Source of the DNA: Candidatus Thalassarchaeaceae archaeon | GTDB lineage: Archaea; Thermoplasmatota; Poseidoniia; Poseidoniales; Thalassarchaeaceae | Assembly (NCBI GenBank): GCA_029250605.1 | Contig: JAQXEZ010000004.1 | Span: forward strand, 35,378 to 99,377 | Direction: 5' to 3' | DNA length: 64,000 nt | Shown: piece by piece, positions 19,168-28,742 of the stretch | How positions within the stretch are numbered: the first letter of the stretch is position 1 | Layout of the letters: every line of letters begins with the position of its first letter | The notes under the pieces: generated by a model | The model's database searches: none | The model's input: only the letters and a program-made list of their open reading frames with translations | What the model was told of the DNA's origin: nothing | Made by a program: the position numbers and the translations under genes

Positions 19168-20130
19168 TCATCCCACGTGGGAGTCGTGACCCACAATTTT
19201 ACCATTCATTTCGACTCCCTCTGGTATCCTTGCTCCTCTGCCAATAAGGCACCCATCCAGAATACTTCCAGCACCTACCTCAGCATCGTCGAGAATTACA
19301 GAGTTCGTGACAGTTGCACCTTCCCCTACAACGGACGAATGCCCCACGGAACTACCAGAGACAAGACCTAGGTTATCCGAGTCTTCACCGAACCAAGAAT
19401 CGCCATAAACCGACCCGCTGTCGAATTTGCACTCGGCTATGCAAACCTGAGTCGCCTCGATGAAGGAACCTGGAGTGCCTGCATCCACGAACCACCCCTC
19501 GTAAGGGAAACCATTCAGTCCACCAGTTTCAGCCAGATCCTCGTAGATGTCCTTCTCTATGCTGTGGGCACCCATTGGCATTAGATTGAAAATCTCCGGC
19601 TCTAGGATGTAAGTTCCCGCATTAATGAGATTTGAGTACGCCTCCTCAATCGGAGGCTTCTCTTGGAATCTCATTATCTTCCCACTTTCTTGCCGATAGT
19701 CGGCCACTCCGAAACGAGACGGGTCCTCCACCTCCCACAGCGCAATGGTTCCAATACCTCCGTTGCTTCTGTGGAAATCTAGCATTTCTTCGACCCTCAA
19801 ACTGGTGATTAGGTCACCATTAATTACACAGAAGGTGCCACCAGAGAGATGACTCTTGCAGTTCGCAATTGCGCCCCCCGTCCCAAGGGGTTCGGTCTCT
19901 TCGATAATTCTCACTTCATACGGTAGCTGGGTGTTGGCGAAGTGGGTTCGCATCTTCTCAATACCATAACCAGCAGCAATTAGGACTCTGTCCACCAAGG
20001 ATTCTGGAAGGACGTCTACTACGTGCTCAATCATCGACTTATCCAGAATCGGCAGAAGGGGTTTTGGAACACTCTCGGTCCATGGTCTTAGCCTGGTCCC
20101 GAATCCTCCTGCTAGAACGATAACGTCCAC
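19168..20130 (-). CDS. Sugar-1-phosphate nucleotidyltransferase with a C-terminal left-handed beta-helix
   Basis: 320-aa ORF with VIVLAGGFGTRLRPWT...PKPLLPI and hexapeptide-like repeats at the C-terminus. Confidence 0.85.
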   Translation of the reverse strand: MDVIVLAGGFGTRLRPWTESVPKPLLPILDKSMIEHVVDVLPESLVDRVLIAAGYGIEKMRTHFANTQLPYEVRIIEETEPLGTGGAIANCKSHLSGGTFCVINGDLITSLRVEEMLDFHRSNGGIGTIALWEVEDPSRFGVADYRQESGKIMRFQEKPPIEEAYSNLINAGTYILEPEIFNLMPMGAHSIEKDIYEDLAETGGLNGFPYEGWFVDAGTPGSFIEATQVCIAECKFDSGSVYGDSWFGEDSDNLGLVSGSSVGHSSVVGEGATVTNSVILDDAEVGAGSILDGCLIGRGARIPEGVEMNGKIVGHDSHVG

Positions 20131-20229
20131 GACTACCCCAGCACCTCACTCCCTTTCATCGCTTCGTGACTCTTCTTCGGAAGATTGGGTTCCGCATCTT
20201 TCAAGACCATACCTCGGCTGGGTCGCCCA

Positions 20230-21441
20230 ATGAACATTCATGAGTATCAGGCAAAGGCCATGTTCAGGGAGTCGGGAGTGTCTGTCCAACGTGGAGTTCA
20301 CTGTACTACAGTCGAACAAGCACTTTCCGCATACGACTCCCTCGACTCAGATATTGTCGCAGTAAAAAGCCAAATTCATGCCGGAGGGAGGGGCAAGGGG
20401 GATTTGTTTAAACCCGATTCTGGAGAGTTGGTGATGCAAGGGGGGGTGAAGGTGGCCTTCTCCAGGGAGGAAGTGGAAACCTTTGCCTCAAATATCCTAG
20501 GTCACAGGCTCGTAACCAAGCAGACTGGTCCTTCTGGGAAGATTGTCAGCAACTTGTACGTGGAGTCTGGTTGTGACATTGCTCACGAGTACTATCTTGC
20601 ACTCCTAGTTGACAGGGAGGAGGATGCGATTCTGGTCATGGCTTCTACTGAGGGCGGAGTGGATATCGAAGAGGTCGCCGAGACGTCTCCAGAAGCCATC
20701 CACAAAGCCTGGTTCTATCCATCGGAAGGCCTTAGTGAGGAGGTTGCCCATTCCCTAGGGGGTTCCCTCGGGCTATCAGGAACTTCCCGAAGTTCGTTCG
20801 CGGAGATGATGGTAAGACTAGCATCTTTGTTCATCGAGAAGGACTGCTCGATGATCGAGATAAACCCCCTTGTCAGAGATGGAAATGAATCCATGGTGGC
20901 TTTGGATGCAAAGGTCAGCTTCGATGAGAATGCCGCATTCAGGCATCCATGGAGGGAAGCTCTCAGAGACATCTCGGAGGAGTCAGATGTGGAAGTAAGG
21001 GCGCATGAACACGGGCTCTCATATGTTGATTTGGAAGGGAACATCGGCTGTTTAGTCAATGGTGCCGGCTTGGCAATGGCTACGATGGACGTAATCAAAT
21101 TGTACGGAGGAGAGCCAGCAAACTTCCTAGACATTGGAGGGGGTGCCGATAGCGAATCAATCACGGCTGCATTCGAGATTATTCTTGAGGACTCACGTCT
21201 GGAAGGAATCCTCGTCAATATCTTTGGGGGGATTATCAGATGCGATATGGTTGCACGGAGTATCATTGAGGCCTCAGAGGAGATCGGCCTGAGGATTCCT
21301 CTGGTGGTCAGATTCTCCGGTACTAATCACGAAGAAGGCAGGAAGGTTCTGGAAGAATCAGATCTCGATGTGATTACTGTCAGCACCCTAGGAGATGCTG
21401 GTGAAGCAATAGTCAATGCAATTGGGGGGAATCAGGCATGA
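20230..21441 (+). CDS. sucC: Succinyl-CoA synthetase beta subunit
   Basis: [13 protein letters not shown]-terminus at the ATG at 20230, an ATP-grasp domain and NIFGGI. The gene overlaps sucD by 4 nt. Confidence 0.9.
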   Translation: MNIHEYQAKAMFRESGVSVQRGVHCTTVEQALSAYDSLDSDIVAVKSQIHAGGRGKGDLFKPDSGELVMQGGVKVAFSREEVETFASNILGHRLVTKQTGPSGKIVSNLYVESGCDIAHEYYLALLVDREEDAILVMASTEGGVDIEEVAETSPEAIHKAWFYPSEGLSEEVAHSLGGSLGLSGTSRSSFAEMMVRLASLFIEKDCSMIEINPLVRDGNESMVALDAKVSFDENAAFRHPWREALRDISEESDVEVRAHEHGLSYVDLEGNIGCLVNGAGLAMATMDVIKLYGGEPANFLDIGGGADSESITAAFEIILEDSRLEGILVNIFGGIIRCDMVARSIIEASEEIGLRIPLVVRFSGTNHEEGRKVLEESDLDVITVSTLGDAGEAIVNAIGGNQA

Positions 21442-22367
21442 GCATTTGGATCAATGAGGAGACGAGGGTCCTGATACAGGGGATTACGGGCAGCCAAGGA
21501 ACTTTTCACGGGACAAGGATGGTCGAATACGGTACTGACATTGTCGGCGGAGTCACCCCAGGAAAGGGAGGGCAAGTTGTTGAACTCCCTGGCAGATCGG
21601 TTCCAGTATTCGATACGATGTCAGAAGCAGTTTCCTCAACCAGGGCAGAGGCTAGTGTGATTTACGTTCCAGCACGATTCGCAGCCCCTGCAATAATTGA
21701 GGCTGCTGACTCATTCCACGAATTGAACGAAGGCGGACTAATTGTCTGCATCACGGAGGGAATCCCAACTCTTGACATGGTGAAGGTAGTTTCTCACTTG
21801 GAAAAAAGGCCGGGAGTTAGGTTAATCGGACCAAACTGCCCTGGAATAATTTCCCCCGGTTCCAATGGGGGGTGTAAGATAGGGATAATGCCAGGATACA
21901 TCCACGCCAAAGGTAGGATCGGAATCATTTCTAAGTCAGGCACCCTCACTTACGAGGCCGTTGCGCAAACCATGAGCGTAGGAGAGGGGCAAACAACCTG
22001 CGTTGGAATCGGGGGCGATCCAGTAAATGGGACTGGTTTTATCGAGTGCCTAGAAGCCTTCGAGAATGACTCCGACACCGAGGCAGTGGTAATGATTGGC
22101 GAGATTGGAGGTACTGCGGAAGAGGAAGCTGCAGCATGGTCCAAGGCGAACTTCTCCAAGCCTCTTGTAGGGTTCGTTGCAGGAGCTACTGCACCACCCG
22201 GCAAGAGGATGGGGCATGCTGGAGCAATCATTTCAGGAGGCAAGGGAACCGCGGAGGAGAAGTTCGCAGCATTCGAAGCCGCAGGAATTCACATTGCTCG
22301 TGACCCCTCAAAGATTGGCGAGGCTCTGGTATCAGCCTTGGTAGAAGCAGGCCTACGAGAGTCTTAG
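21438..22367 (+). CDS. sucD: Succinyl-CoA synthetase alpha subunit
   Basis: 309-aa ORF with [31 protein letters not shown] and the phosphohistidine loop RMGHAGAII. Confidence 0.95.
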   Translation: MSIWINEETRVLIQGITGSQGTFHGTRMVEYGTDIVGGVTPGKGGQVVELPGRSVPVFDTMSEAVSSTRAEASVIYVPARFAAPAIIEAADSFHELNEGGLIVCITEGIPTLDMVKVVSHLEKRPGVRLIGPNCPGIISPGSNGGCKIGIMPGYIHAKGRIGIISKSGTLTYEAVAQTMSVGEGQTTCVGIGGDPVNGTGFIECLEAFENDSDTEAVVMIGEIGGTAEEEAAAWSKANFSKPLVGFVAGATAPPGKRMGHAGAIISGGKGTAEEKFAAFEAAGIHIARDPSKIGEALVSALVEAGLRES

Positions 22368-22393
22368 GAACAGAAACCTCTAGCGAGACCAAG

Positions 22394-23404
22394 TTGGTAT
22401 CCATGTCGAGCATATTCAACTCGGAGTTAGACTCTATTCTGGAAGGGACCTCTCGCTCATTCTATCTATCTCTCAAGGAGTTGCCCAATTCGATAAGACC
22501 CCAAGTAAGTCTTCTGTACATGCTTGCTCGGACATCTGATACAATAGCCGACTCAGAGCAAGGAGATGCGAGTGATCTTTTGCTGGCACTCGAGTCATAC
22601 AATGATTTCTCCCAGGGAAAAACTTCCAGTCTACTGGACATATCTTCACTAGCAGAATCACAAAGAAACAAATCAGAAGCCTCACTACTAAGGAATGTAG
22701 GAAAAATCGTCTCAAAGATTGCGGACTTTTCGGAATCCGACCAGAAAGCGATTCGTCACTGCCTCGGCACCATCATCGGAGGGCAGATTCTCGATCTACA
22801 GAGGTTCTCATCCGACGAAGGAACAATTCTCTCACTAGAATCAGACGAAGAATTGGACGACTACGCCTATCGAGTAGCAGGCAGCGTAGGGGAGTTCTGG
22901 ACTAGGATGTCACTAGACCACATTTTCAAACTCAAAGAGGAAAATTTGGAGGTAGAACTCTTTGAGAAGGGAATCAGATTCGGCAAAGCCCTCCAGATGA
23001 TCAACATCCTTAGGGACATCCCTGCAGATTTGTCCCTTGGCAGATGCTACATCCCTAGAAGTAAACTGGAGGGGTACGGAATTACTCCGGCCGACCTTCT
23101 GGAGCCCTCGAGAATGGACACATTCAGACCGCTCTATGATGAATATCTGGATTTGACTGACGAATATCTGACTTCAGCAGTCCAGTATATCGAGATGTTG
23201 CCTCATTGGAAGTTCCGACTCAGAGCTGCTTGCATGTTCCCTGTAATAATTGGGAAGAGGACGGTTTCCAAGCTCAGAGAAGGCAATGTCCTAGATCCAA
23301 GTAACAGAATAAAGATCGACAGATCAGAAATCAAAGACGTCATCAAGAAGGTCGTATTATCAGTCCCATCCAGACAAGCCAGCACGAGGATCTTACGTAG
23401 TTAG
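22394..23404 (+). CDS. Squalene/phytoene synthase family protein (squalene synthase / HpnC-like)
   Basis: 336-aa ORF with TSRSFYLS near the N-terminus and the first Asp-rich motif ARTSDTIAD. The second Asp-rich motif is not obvious. Confidence 0.65.
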   Translation: MVSMSSIFNSELDSILEGTSRSFYLSLKELPNSIRPQVSLLYMLARTSDTIADSEQGDASDLLLALESYNDFSQGKTSSLLDISSLAESQRNKSEASLLRNVGKIVSKIADFSESDQKAIRHCLGTIIGGQILDLQRFSSDEGTILSLESDEELDDYAYRVAGSVGEFWTRMSLDHIFKLKEENLEVELFEKGIRFGKALQMINILRDIPADLSLGRCYIPRSKLEGYGITPADLLEPSRMDTFRPLYDEYLDLTDEYLTSAVQYIEMLPHWKFRLRAACMFPVIIGKRTVSKLREGNVLDPSNRIKIDRSEIKDVIKKVVLSVPSRQASTRILRS

Positions 23405-23509
23405 GTTCCGAAACTCTTGTTTTCCCTCCTCCCAATCTTTCGATGCAGCATAGAAACCCGCCCGGGAGACATTCAAGTGGGCCCAGACTCCGCCCGATTC
23501 TGAAACTAC

Positions 23510-24760
23510 ATGGCGCAGGATAGGGAATCCGGGAGCGAGATCATCCTCGATGCTGAGATTTATGACAGAGTGTATGCCGAACAACCAGACCTCCAAGAAG
23601 AGCAAATAGACATCGTCAGGGCTGCAGTCAATATTACCAAGGAAGCAGCTAGAGCCATCAGTATCACAGCCATCGAGGCAGTACGAGAAAGCGCTCTTTT
23701 CATGGGGGTAATTGGATCAAGGGGGGAATTGCTGGACCCCTTCAAGCACATTGACGCCCCTATCTGGACTGAACCAGAAATACCCCAACACATGATAGAA
23801 ACATCATACGAATTCTGCGAGGAGCTCACTCGTAGGGAAGCAGGAAACTTCTATCACTCTTTCAAGTATCTACCCGAGGAAAAGCGACGCTCAATAATGG
23901 CATACTACGCGTTTTGTCGTAGAGCGGACGATATTGCCGATGGTGACTTCGAAGACGTCTTCCCAGGAGGCTCCTCAGATGATCCAGAATCTGTAAATTA
24001 CAGATCCGACATCGAAAGGTTGAGCCCGGGGAACCCGGTGTTGGACAGATCGGCATACAACGACAAAATGACTCAATTGTTCTACTACCGTAAGAAACTA
24101 TCAACTGCATACGGGGATTACACATCTACCGACCCAATTTTCATCGCTCTCAAGGACACCGTGCAGAAGTATGGAATTCAGAGGCAATTACTGGACGATA
24201 TGATCAGCGGGATGGAAAACGATTTCCATAAGAACCGATATCAAACCTTCGAAGAACTATACTCTTACTGCTATCGAGTAGCTTCCACCGTGGGTCTGGT
24301 GTGTATAGAAATATACGGATACGACAATCCCAAAGCTAAGGAATACGCCGAGTCTTGGGGGGTCTTTATGCAACTAATCAACATCATCAGGGATGTCTCC
24401 GAGGACGCTAAGAGAGATCGAATCTACCTTCCTCTCGAAGATCTCGCGCGATGGGGGATATCGGAGGAAGACGTCAAGAGTGGCGAGGCTCTTCTCGAAC
24501 ACCCTGGCTGGGCACCATTTGTAGAGGAGTACTTGGAGAGGGCCGATGGATACCGACAAAGGGCATTCAAACTTCTCACGCACTTGGATAAGTCTGCTCG
24601 ATACTCTCCGGCCGCAATGGCTTCATTCTACCAATCCATAATGGCCAAGATTACCAAGAATGATGGTGATGTTTTCTCTGAGAGAATCCAACTCACTAAA
24701 ACCGAGAAGATTCTGCTTGCTGGATACGTGTACATAAGGTACCGATTCTTCGGTTTCTGA
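23510..24760 (+). CDS. Phytoene / presqualene-diphosphate synthase family protein (CrtB/HpnD-like) with a ~90-aa N-terminal extension
   Basis: 416-aa ORF with NFYHSFKYLP, YAFCRRADDIADGD and MISGMENDF Asp-rich motifs, and YCYRVASTVG. Confidence 0.8.
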   Translation: MAQDRESGSEIILDAEIYDRVYAEQPDLQEEQIDIVRAAVNITKEAARAISITAIEAVRESALFMGVIGSRGELLDPFKHIDAPIWTEPEIPQHMIETSYEFCEELTRREAGNFYHSFKYLPEEKRRSIMAYYAFCRRADDIADGDFEDVFPGGSSDDPESVNYRSDIERLSPGNPVLDRSAYNDKMTQLFYYRKKLSTAYGDYTSTDPIFIALKDTVQKYGIQRQLLDDMISGMENDFHKNRYQTFEELYSYCYRVASTVGLVCIEIYGYDNPKAKEYAESWGVFMQLINIIRDVSEDAKRDRIYLPLEDLARWGISEEDVKSGEALLEHPGWAPFVEEYLERADGYRQRAFKLLTHLDKSARYSPAAMASFYQSIMAKITKNDGDVFSERIQLTKTEKILLAGYVYIRYRFFGF

Positions 24761-24825
24761 TGTAAAAGAACTCGTACTAGCTATATGATGGAAGAAGTAT
24801 TAGTCAATGGTAAGGAGGGTCGGAC

Positions 24826-26595
24826 ATGAGAGTGGCAGTTCTTCTGGAGGAACGTTGCAAGCCCAACAGCAATGCGTTTGCATATCTGAAGAAGTACTCC
24901 GCCATGTGTGACAGGGAATGCATACAGGTCGAGGGGTCAAAGTGCAAGATACTCGAGACAGCATGCCCGGTTTGCTTCACGAGGGCAAAGCACTGCCCCG
25001 ATGACGCGGTAAAAATCATCAATCTCCCAGAGGAACTGGATACTGATTTGACTCACTCTTTCGGGGAGAACTCATTCAGACTATTCCGACTACCCTCCCC
25101 TCGTCAAGACCAGATTGTGGGGGTACTAGGGCCGAATGGTATCGGAAAATCAACTGCAATAAACCTCCTATCAGGCGTATTCAGGCCTAATCTGGGGGAT
25201 TGGGCCAACCCTTCACCAGAGTGGGAACAGGTAATCTCCACATTCCCCAGAGGGGAGCTGAGAGACTACTTGGCTTTGGTTTCAGAGGGAGAAGTTAGCA
25301 TAGCGGTGAAACCACAGTACATCGACAAACTCCCTCGTATTTTCGAAGGAGAAGTCAATGAACTTCTGACTAGGGTAGATGACAGGGAGGAGATTGTCAA
25401 ATACTCCGAACTGATGGGAATCTCCCATATCATCGACAGAAAGTTGGGCGATCTATCAGGGGGAGAATTGCAGAGGGTAGCGATATGCGCAACTCTACTA
25501 AAGGAAGCGGACGTCTACTTCTTTGATGAGCCATCTTCCTACTTGGACATTTACGAGAGGATGAGAATGGTTGGAGTGGTTAGGGAACTGACTGAGAGGG
25601 GCAAGAGAGTTCTCGTAGTAGAGCACGATCTGGCAATCCTGGATGTTCTATGCGACCTAGTTCACGTAATTTATGGAGATAGATCGGCATATGGGATCTT
25701 TACTCCTCCCAGATCTACTAGAACTGCAATCAATGCGTACCTGGATGGTTATCTACCAGAGGAGAATGTCAGGATTAGAGACAAACCAATCCGATTTCTA
25801 AGGGGGAGAACACGTGTGGAGGAGGTTGGCGCCCCGGTCCTCAAATGGGGTTCAATACAGAAAAATCTCGGGGACTTCAATCTTAAGACCGGAGAAGGTG
25901 AAGTCAAGTCTGCTGAGGTCGTTGGCGTAGTCGGCCCCAATGCGACCGGCAAGACCACTCTCGTCAAGATAATCGCTGGAGAAATAGATCCAGATGAGGG
26001 ATGGTGTACTATGGATGCCAAGGTCTCGTACAAACCTCAGCATGTACGGACTGAGTTCGAAGGTACGGTCCGAGACTGGCTCGATTCCGAATTGGGAGGT
26101 AAATGGCGCAGTGGCGAATTCCATACTCAGGTTATCAGAGCGCTTCAAGTTGACAAGATGCTGGATTTACAGGCCTCGAAACTATCTGGTGGGGAACTAC
26201 AGGCGGTCAGTATAGCCATTTGTCTAGGGAAGGAAGCAGACCTGTACCTATTCGATGAACCTAGTGCGCATCTGGACGCAAACGCAAGAATGGAAGCAGC
26301 AAAGGCAATCAGGAGGACTATGGAAAGCAATGAGAAGGCTGCAATGGTCATCGATCACGACACATATTTCCTCGACATAGTGAGTGACTCAATCCTTGTT
26401 TTCCAAGGCGAAGGTGGCAGTCATGGCCATGCAGTTGGGCCTCTTTCCCCCAGGAAGGGCATGAACCTCTTCCTATCCGATGCCGATGTCACCTTCCGCA
26501 GGGATGTGGAATCCCACCGGCCACGAATAAACAAACCCTCAAGCAGGAAGGACCGCGAACAGAAGTCATCCGGAGAATACTTCTACTCTGACTAG
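24826..26595 (+). CDS. abce1: ABCE1 / RNase L inhibitor ribosome-recycling ATPase
   Basis: 589-aa ORF with an N-terminal Fe-S Cys cluster region (CDRECIQV..CPVCFTRAKHCP) and two ABC cassettes (GPNGIGKST / LSGGELQR and GPNATGKTT / LSGGELQ). Confidence 0.95.
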   Translation: MRVAVLLEERCKPNSNAFAYLKKYSAMCDRECIQVEGSKCKILETACPVCFTRAKHCPDDAVKIINLPEELDTDLTHSFGENSFRLFRLPSPRQDQIVGVLGPNGIGKSTAINLLSGVFRPNLGDWANPSPEWEQVISTFPRGELRDYLALVSEGEVSIAVKPQYIDKLPRIFEGEVNELLTRVDDREEIVKYSELMGISHIIDRKLGDLSGGELQRVAICATLLKEADVYFFDEPSSYLDIYERMRMVGVVRELTERGKRVLVVEHDLAILDVLCDLVHVIYGDRSAYGIFTPPRSTRTAINAYLDGYLPEENVRIRDKPIRFLRGRTRVEEVGAPVLKWGSIQKNLGDFNLKTGEGEVKSAEVVGVVGPNATGKTTLVKIIAGEIDPDEGWCTMDAKVSYKPQHVRTEFEGTVRDWLDSELGGKWRSGEFHTQVIRALQVDKMLDLQASKLSGGELQAVSIAICLGKEADLYLFDEPSAHLDANARMEAAKAIRRTMESNEKAAMVIDHDTYFLDIVSDSILVFQGEGGSHGHAVGPLSPRKGMNLFLSDADVTFRRDVESHRPRINKPSSRKDREQKSSGEYFYSD

Positions 26596-26638
26596 CATTG
26601 ACCATTGGATTCTTGAGGGGTCATTCCAGCCCATTGAC

Positions 26639-27139
26639 GTGACAGAAGAGGCGCCGGTTGATGAAACAGCGACTATCGTTGAAGAGGATCCTGACTTTGA
26701 GGCAATGGTTTCAGAACTTGAGAAGGAAATCCAATACGCAAAGGCAGAGACAGCAAACGCTGTTCAGAGGGCATCCAGAGATAGGTCCGAGGCACTAAAG
26801 TATGGAGGGTCATCACTTGCTCGGCGCATAATACCGGCAATAGATCACCTATCCAAGGCAGTCGATGCATCCGAAGGGGACCAAGGTGCCGAGTCTGTAA
26901 TTGAGGGAGTGAGGATGACTCTAGATGGTCTGAGGGCTTCTCTTGAGGCCGAGGGAATATCCCAAATAGACGCATTAGGGAAGAAATTCGACCCTACCTG
27001 CATGGAGGCAATCGCCACGATTCCCTGCCCGGAGGGCGAGGACCCGGGAAGTGTGATAGAAGTGATTGAGAGTGGTTACAGAATGCATGATCGCATCCTT
27101 AGAGCGTCTAGGGTTATTGTAGCCGAGGGTGATTCGTGA
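26639..27139 (+). CDS. grpE: Nucleotide exchange factor GrpE
   Basis: 166-aa ORF with a coiled-coil N-terminus and the C-terminal beta domain pattern FDP..MEAI....G.V.EV...GY....R.LR...V. GTG start. Confidence 0.8.
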   Translation: MTEEAPVDETATIVEEDPDFEAMVSELEKEIQYAKAETANAVQRASRDRSEALKYGGSSLARRIIPAIDHLSKAVDASEGDQGAESVIEGVRMTLDGLRASLEAEGISQIDALGKKFDPTCMEAIATIPCPEGEDPGSVIEVIESGYRMHDRILRASRVIVAEGDS

Positions 27140-27633
27140 CCAAGAAATGGCGACTTCCCCTTTTCGCAATAGGGATTGTTTCGGTATACTTCCTCTCCAT
27201 ACTATCAATCCATATTGCAGCACCCGATGAAGTAATCGAGCCTGAAAACTTCCCAACTAAGTGCCCCGAAGATTCGCTCAACTGCTCAATGATTGGACCT
27301 AACCCCTATAGAAGCGAAAATCTCACTGAATTGAGAATCAACTCCAGTCTGGAGGATGTAATGGAAGAGGTGAGGGGGTGGATAGACTCTCAACCCGGAA
27401 CCGAAGTAATCGGCGAGTGGCCAGGACAAACTCACTCCGTCTTCAGAACTTTAATGTTCAGATTCCCGGATGATTTTGTAGTCATGGGGTTTTGTGACGA
27501 TGGAGACTCTGTTCTTCACATATACTCCAAGTCACGTCTCGGAGTCTCAGACCTCGGTGTCAACAAAGCTCGAGTCCTGAGCTTCAATGATTACATGTCA
27601 AACGTCGAAATGGCTACATCACATTGCACCTAG
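27136..27633 (+). CDS. DUF1499-like protein with an N-terminal TM/signal anchor
   Basis: 165-aa ORF with FRFPDDFVV and YSKSRLGVSDLGVNKARV, a pattern I associate with DUF1499. It overlaps grpE by 4 nt. Confidence 0.55.
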   Translation: MTKKWRLPLFAIGIVSVYFLSILSIHIAAPDEVIEPENFPTKCPEDSLNCSMIGPNPYRSENLTELRINSSLEDVMEEVRGWIDSQPGTEVIGEWPGQTHSVFRTLMFRFPDDFVVMGFCDDGDSVLHIYSKSRLGVSDLGVNKARVLSFNDYMSNVEMATSHCT

Positions 27634-27651
27634 GAACTACTGGCGCTAACC

Positions 27652-28707
27652 TTGTCCAAGACCATTGATCCAGATATCCGGAAGGCTCAGGCCCTCCCTT
27701 CCTCATACTATACCGACCCAGAGAAATTCTCAGAAATCAAACACAGATTCAGGAAATATTGGCACTTCGCTGCTCACAAAAACCAACTCGTGGAAAGCTC
27801 ATCGATTGAGTTGAAACATTTGGAGAAACTCATCGACGAGCCCATAATGATGACTGCTGACAGAAAAATCCGATGCATTTCCAACGTTTGCACACATAGG
27901 GGGATGTTAGTGGTAGATGGCCACTGCTCCAAGACCACCCTACGGTGCCCTTACCATGGGAGGACCTTCGGTCTTGATGGTTCCATGAGGGCAATGCCTG
28001 AGTTCGAAGAGGTAGAAGATTTTCCCACCAATAAGGACGATCTTAGGAACTTCCCAATCCTAGATTGGAAAGGGCTCATCTTCTCAGGTATCGAGCCTTC
28101 CGGTTTCGAATCTTCCTTGGAAGAGATGGAAAGAAGAGTGGGTTGGATGCCAATAGAGACATTCGAATATGACAATTCTAGAAACCGAAGTTACGATATC
28201 AATGCAAACTGGGCACTATATGTGGACAATTATCTGGAGGGTTTCCATATACCATTCGTGCACAAGGACCTCAATAGAGCATTGGACTACGATAACTATC
28301 AGACTGAACTTTTCGACGGAGGGGTCCTCCAGATCGGTATCGCCAACGAAGGGGAGTCAACCTTTGACATTCCCGAAGGGTCCCCCGACTCTGGACTCGA
28401 TGTAGCAGCTTACTACTACTGGTTATTTCCAGGCCTAATGCTAAATTTCTACCCATGGGGGCTCTCCGTAAATTTGGTCGTCCCATTGTCAGTTGACAGT
28501 ACTCGGATCATCTATCGCGGATTCGTCTGGGACAAGAAATTCCTCGGGAAGGGTGCCGGCGGGGACTTGGATAAGGTTGAAGCCGAAGACCAGCACATTG
28601 TGGAGTTCACACAGAGAGGGGTCTCATCAAGATCTTATGAAAGAGGACGTTACTCCCCAACGAAGGAGACGGGGGTCCATCACTTCCACCAAATTCTAAC
28701 TTCTTAG
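27652..28707 (+). CDS. Rieske [2Fe-2S] non-heme iron oxygenase, alpha subunit type
   Basis: 351-aa ORF with the Rieske motif CTHRG...CPYHG and a downstream mononuclear iron region (NYLEGFHIPFVH). Confidence 0.85.
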   Translation: MSKTIDPDIRKAQALPSSYYTDPEKFSEIKHRFRKYWHFAAHKNQLVESSSIELKHLEKLIDEPIMMTADRKIRCISNVCTHRGMLVVDGHCSKTTLRCPYHGRTFGLDGSMRAMPEFEEVEDFPTNKDDLRNFPILDWKGLIFSGIEPSGFESSLEEMERRVGWMPIETFEYDNSRNRSYDINANWALYVDNYLEGFHIPFVHKDLNRALDYDNYQTELFDGGVLQIGIANEGESTFDIPEGSPDSGLDVAAYYYWLFPGLMLNFYPWGLSVNLVVPLSVDSTRIIYRGFVWDKKFLGKGAGGDLDKVEAEDQHIVEFTQRGVSSRSYERGRYSPTKETGVHHFHQILTS

Positions 28708-28742
28708 ATTCAATTCATAACTAGTCGGCCATTCGTGATACT

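Noticed and set aside
24760-24826. ATGATGG and CTGATG elements upstream of ABCE1 as a possible box C/D sRNA
   Set aside because: The C-box match is imperfect, and no properly spaced D box (CTGA) or terminal stem could be found. It is more likely just promoter or leader sequence.
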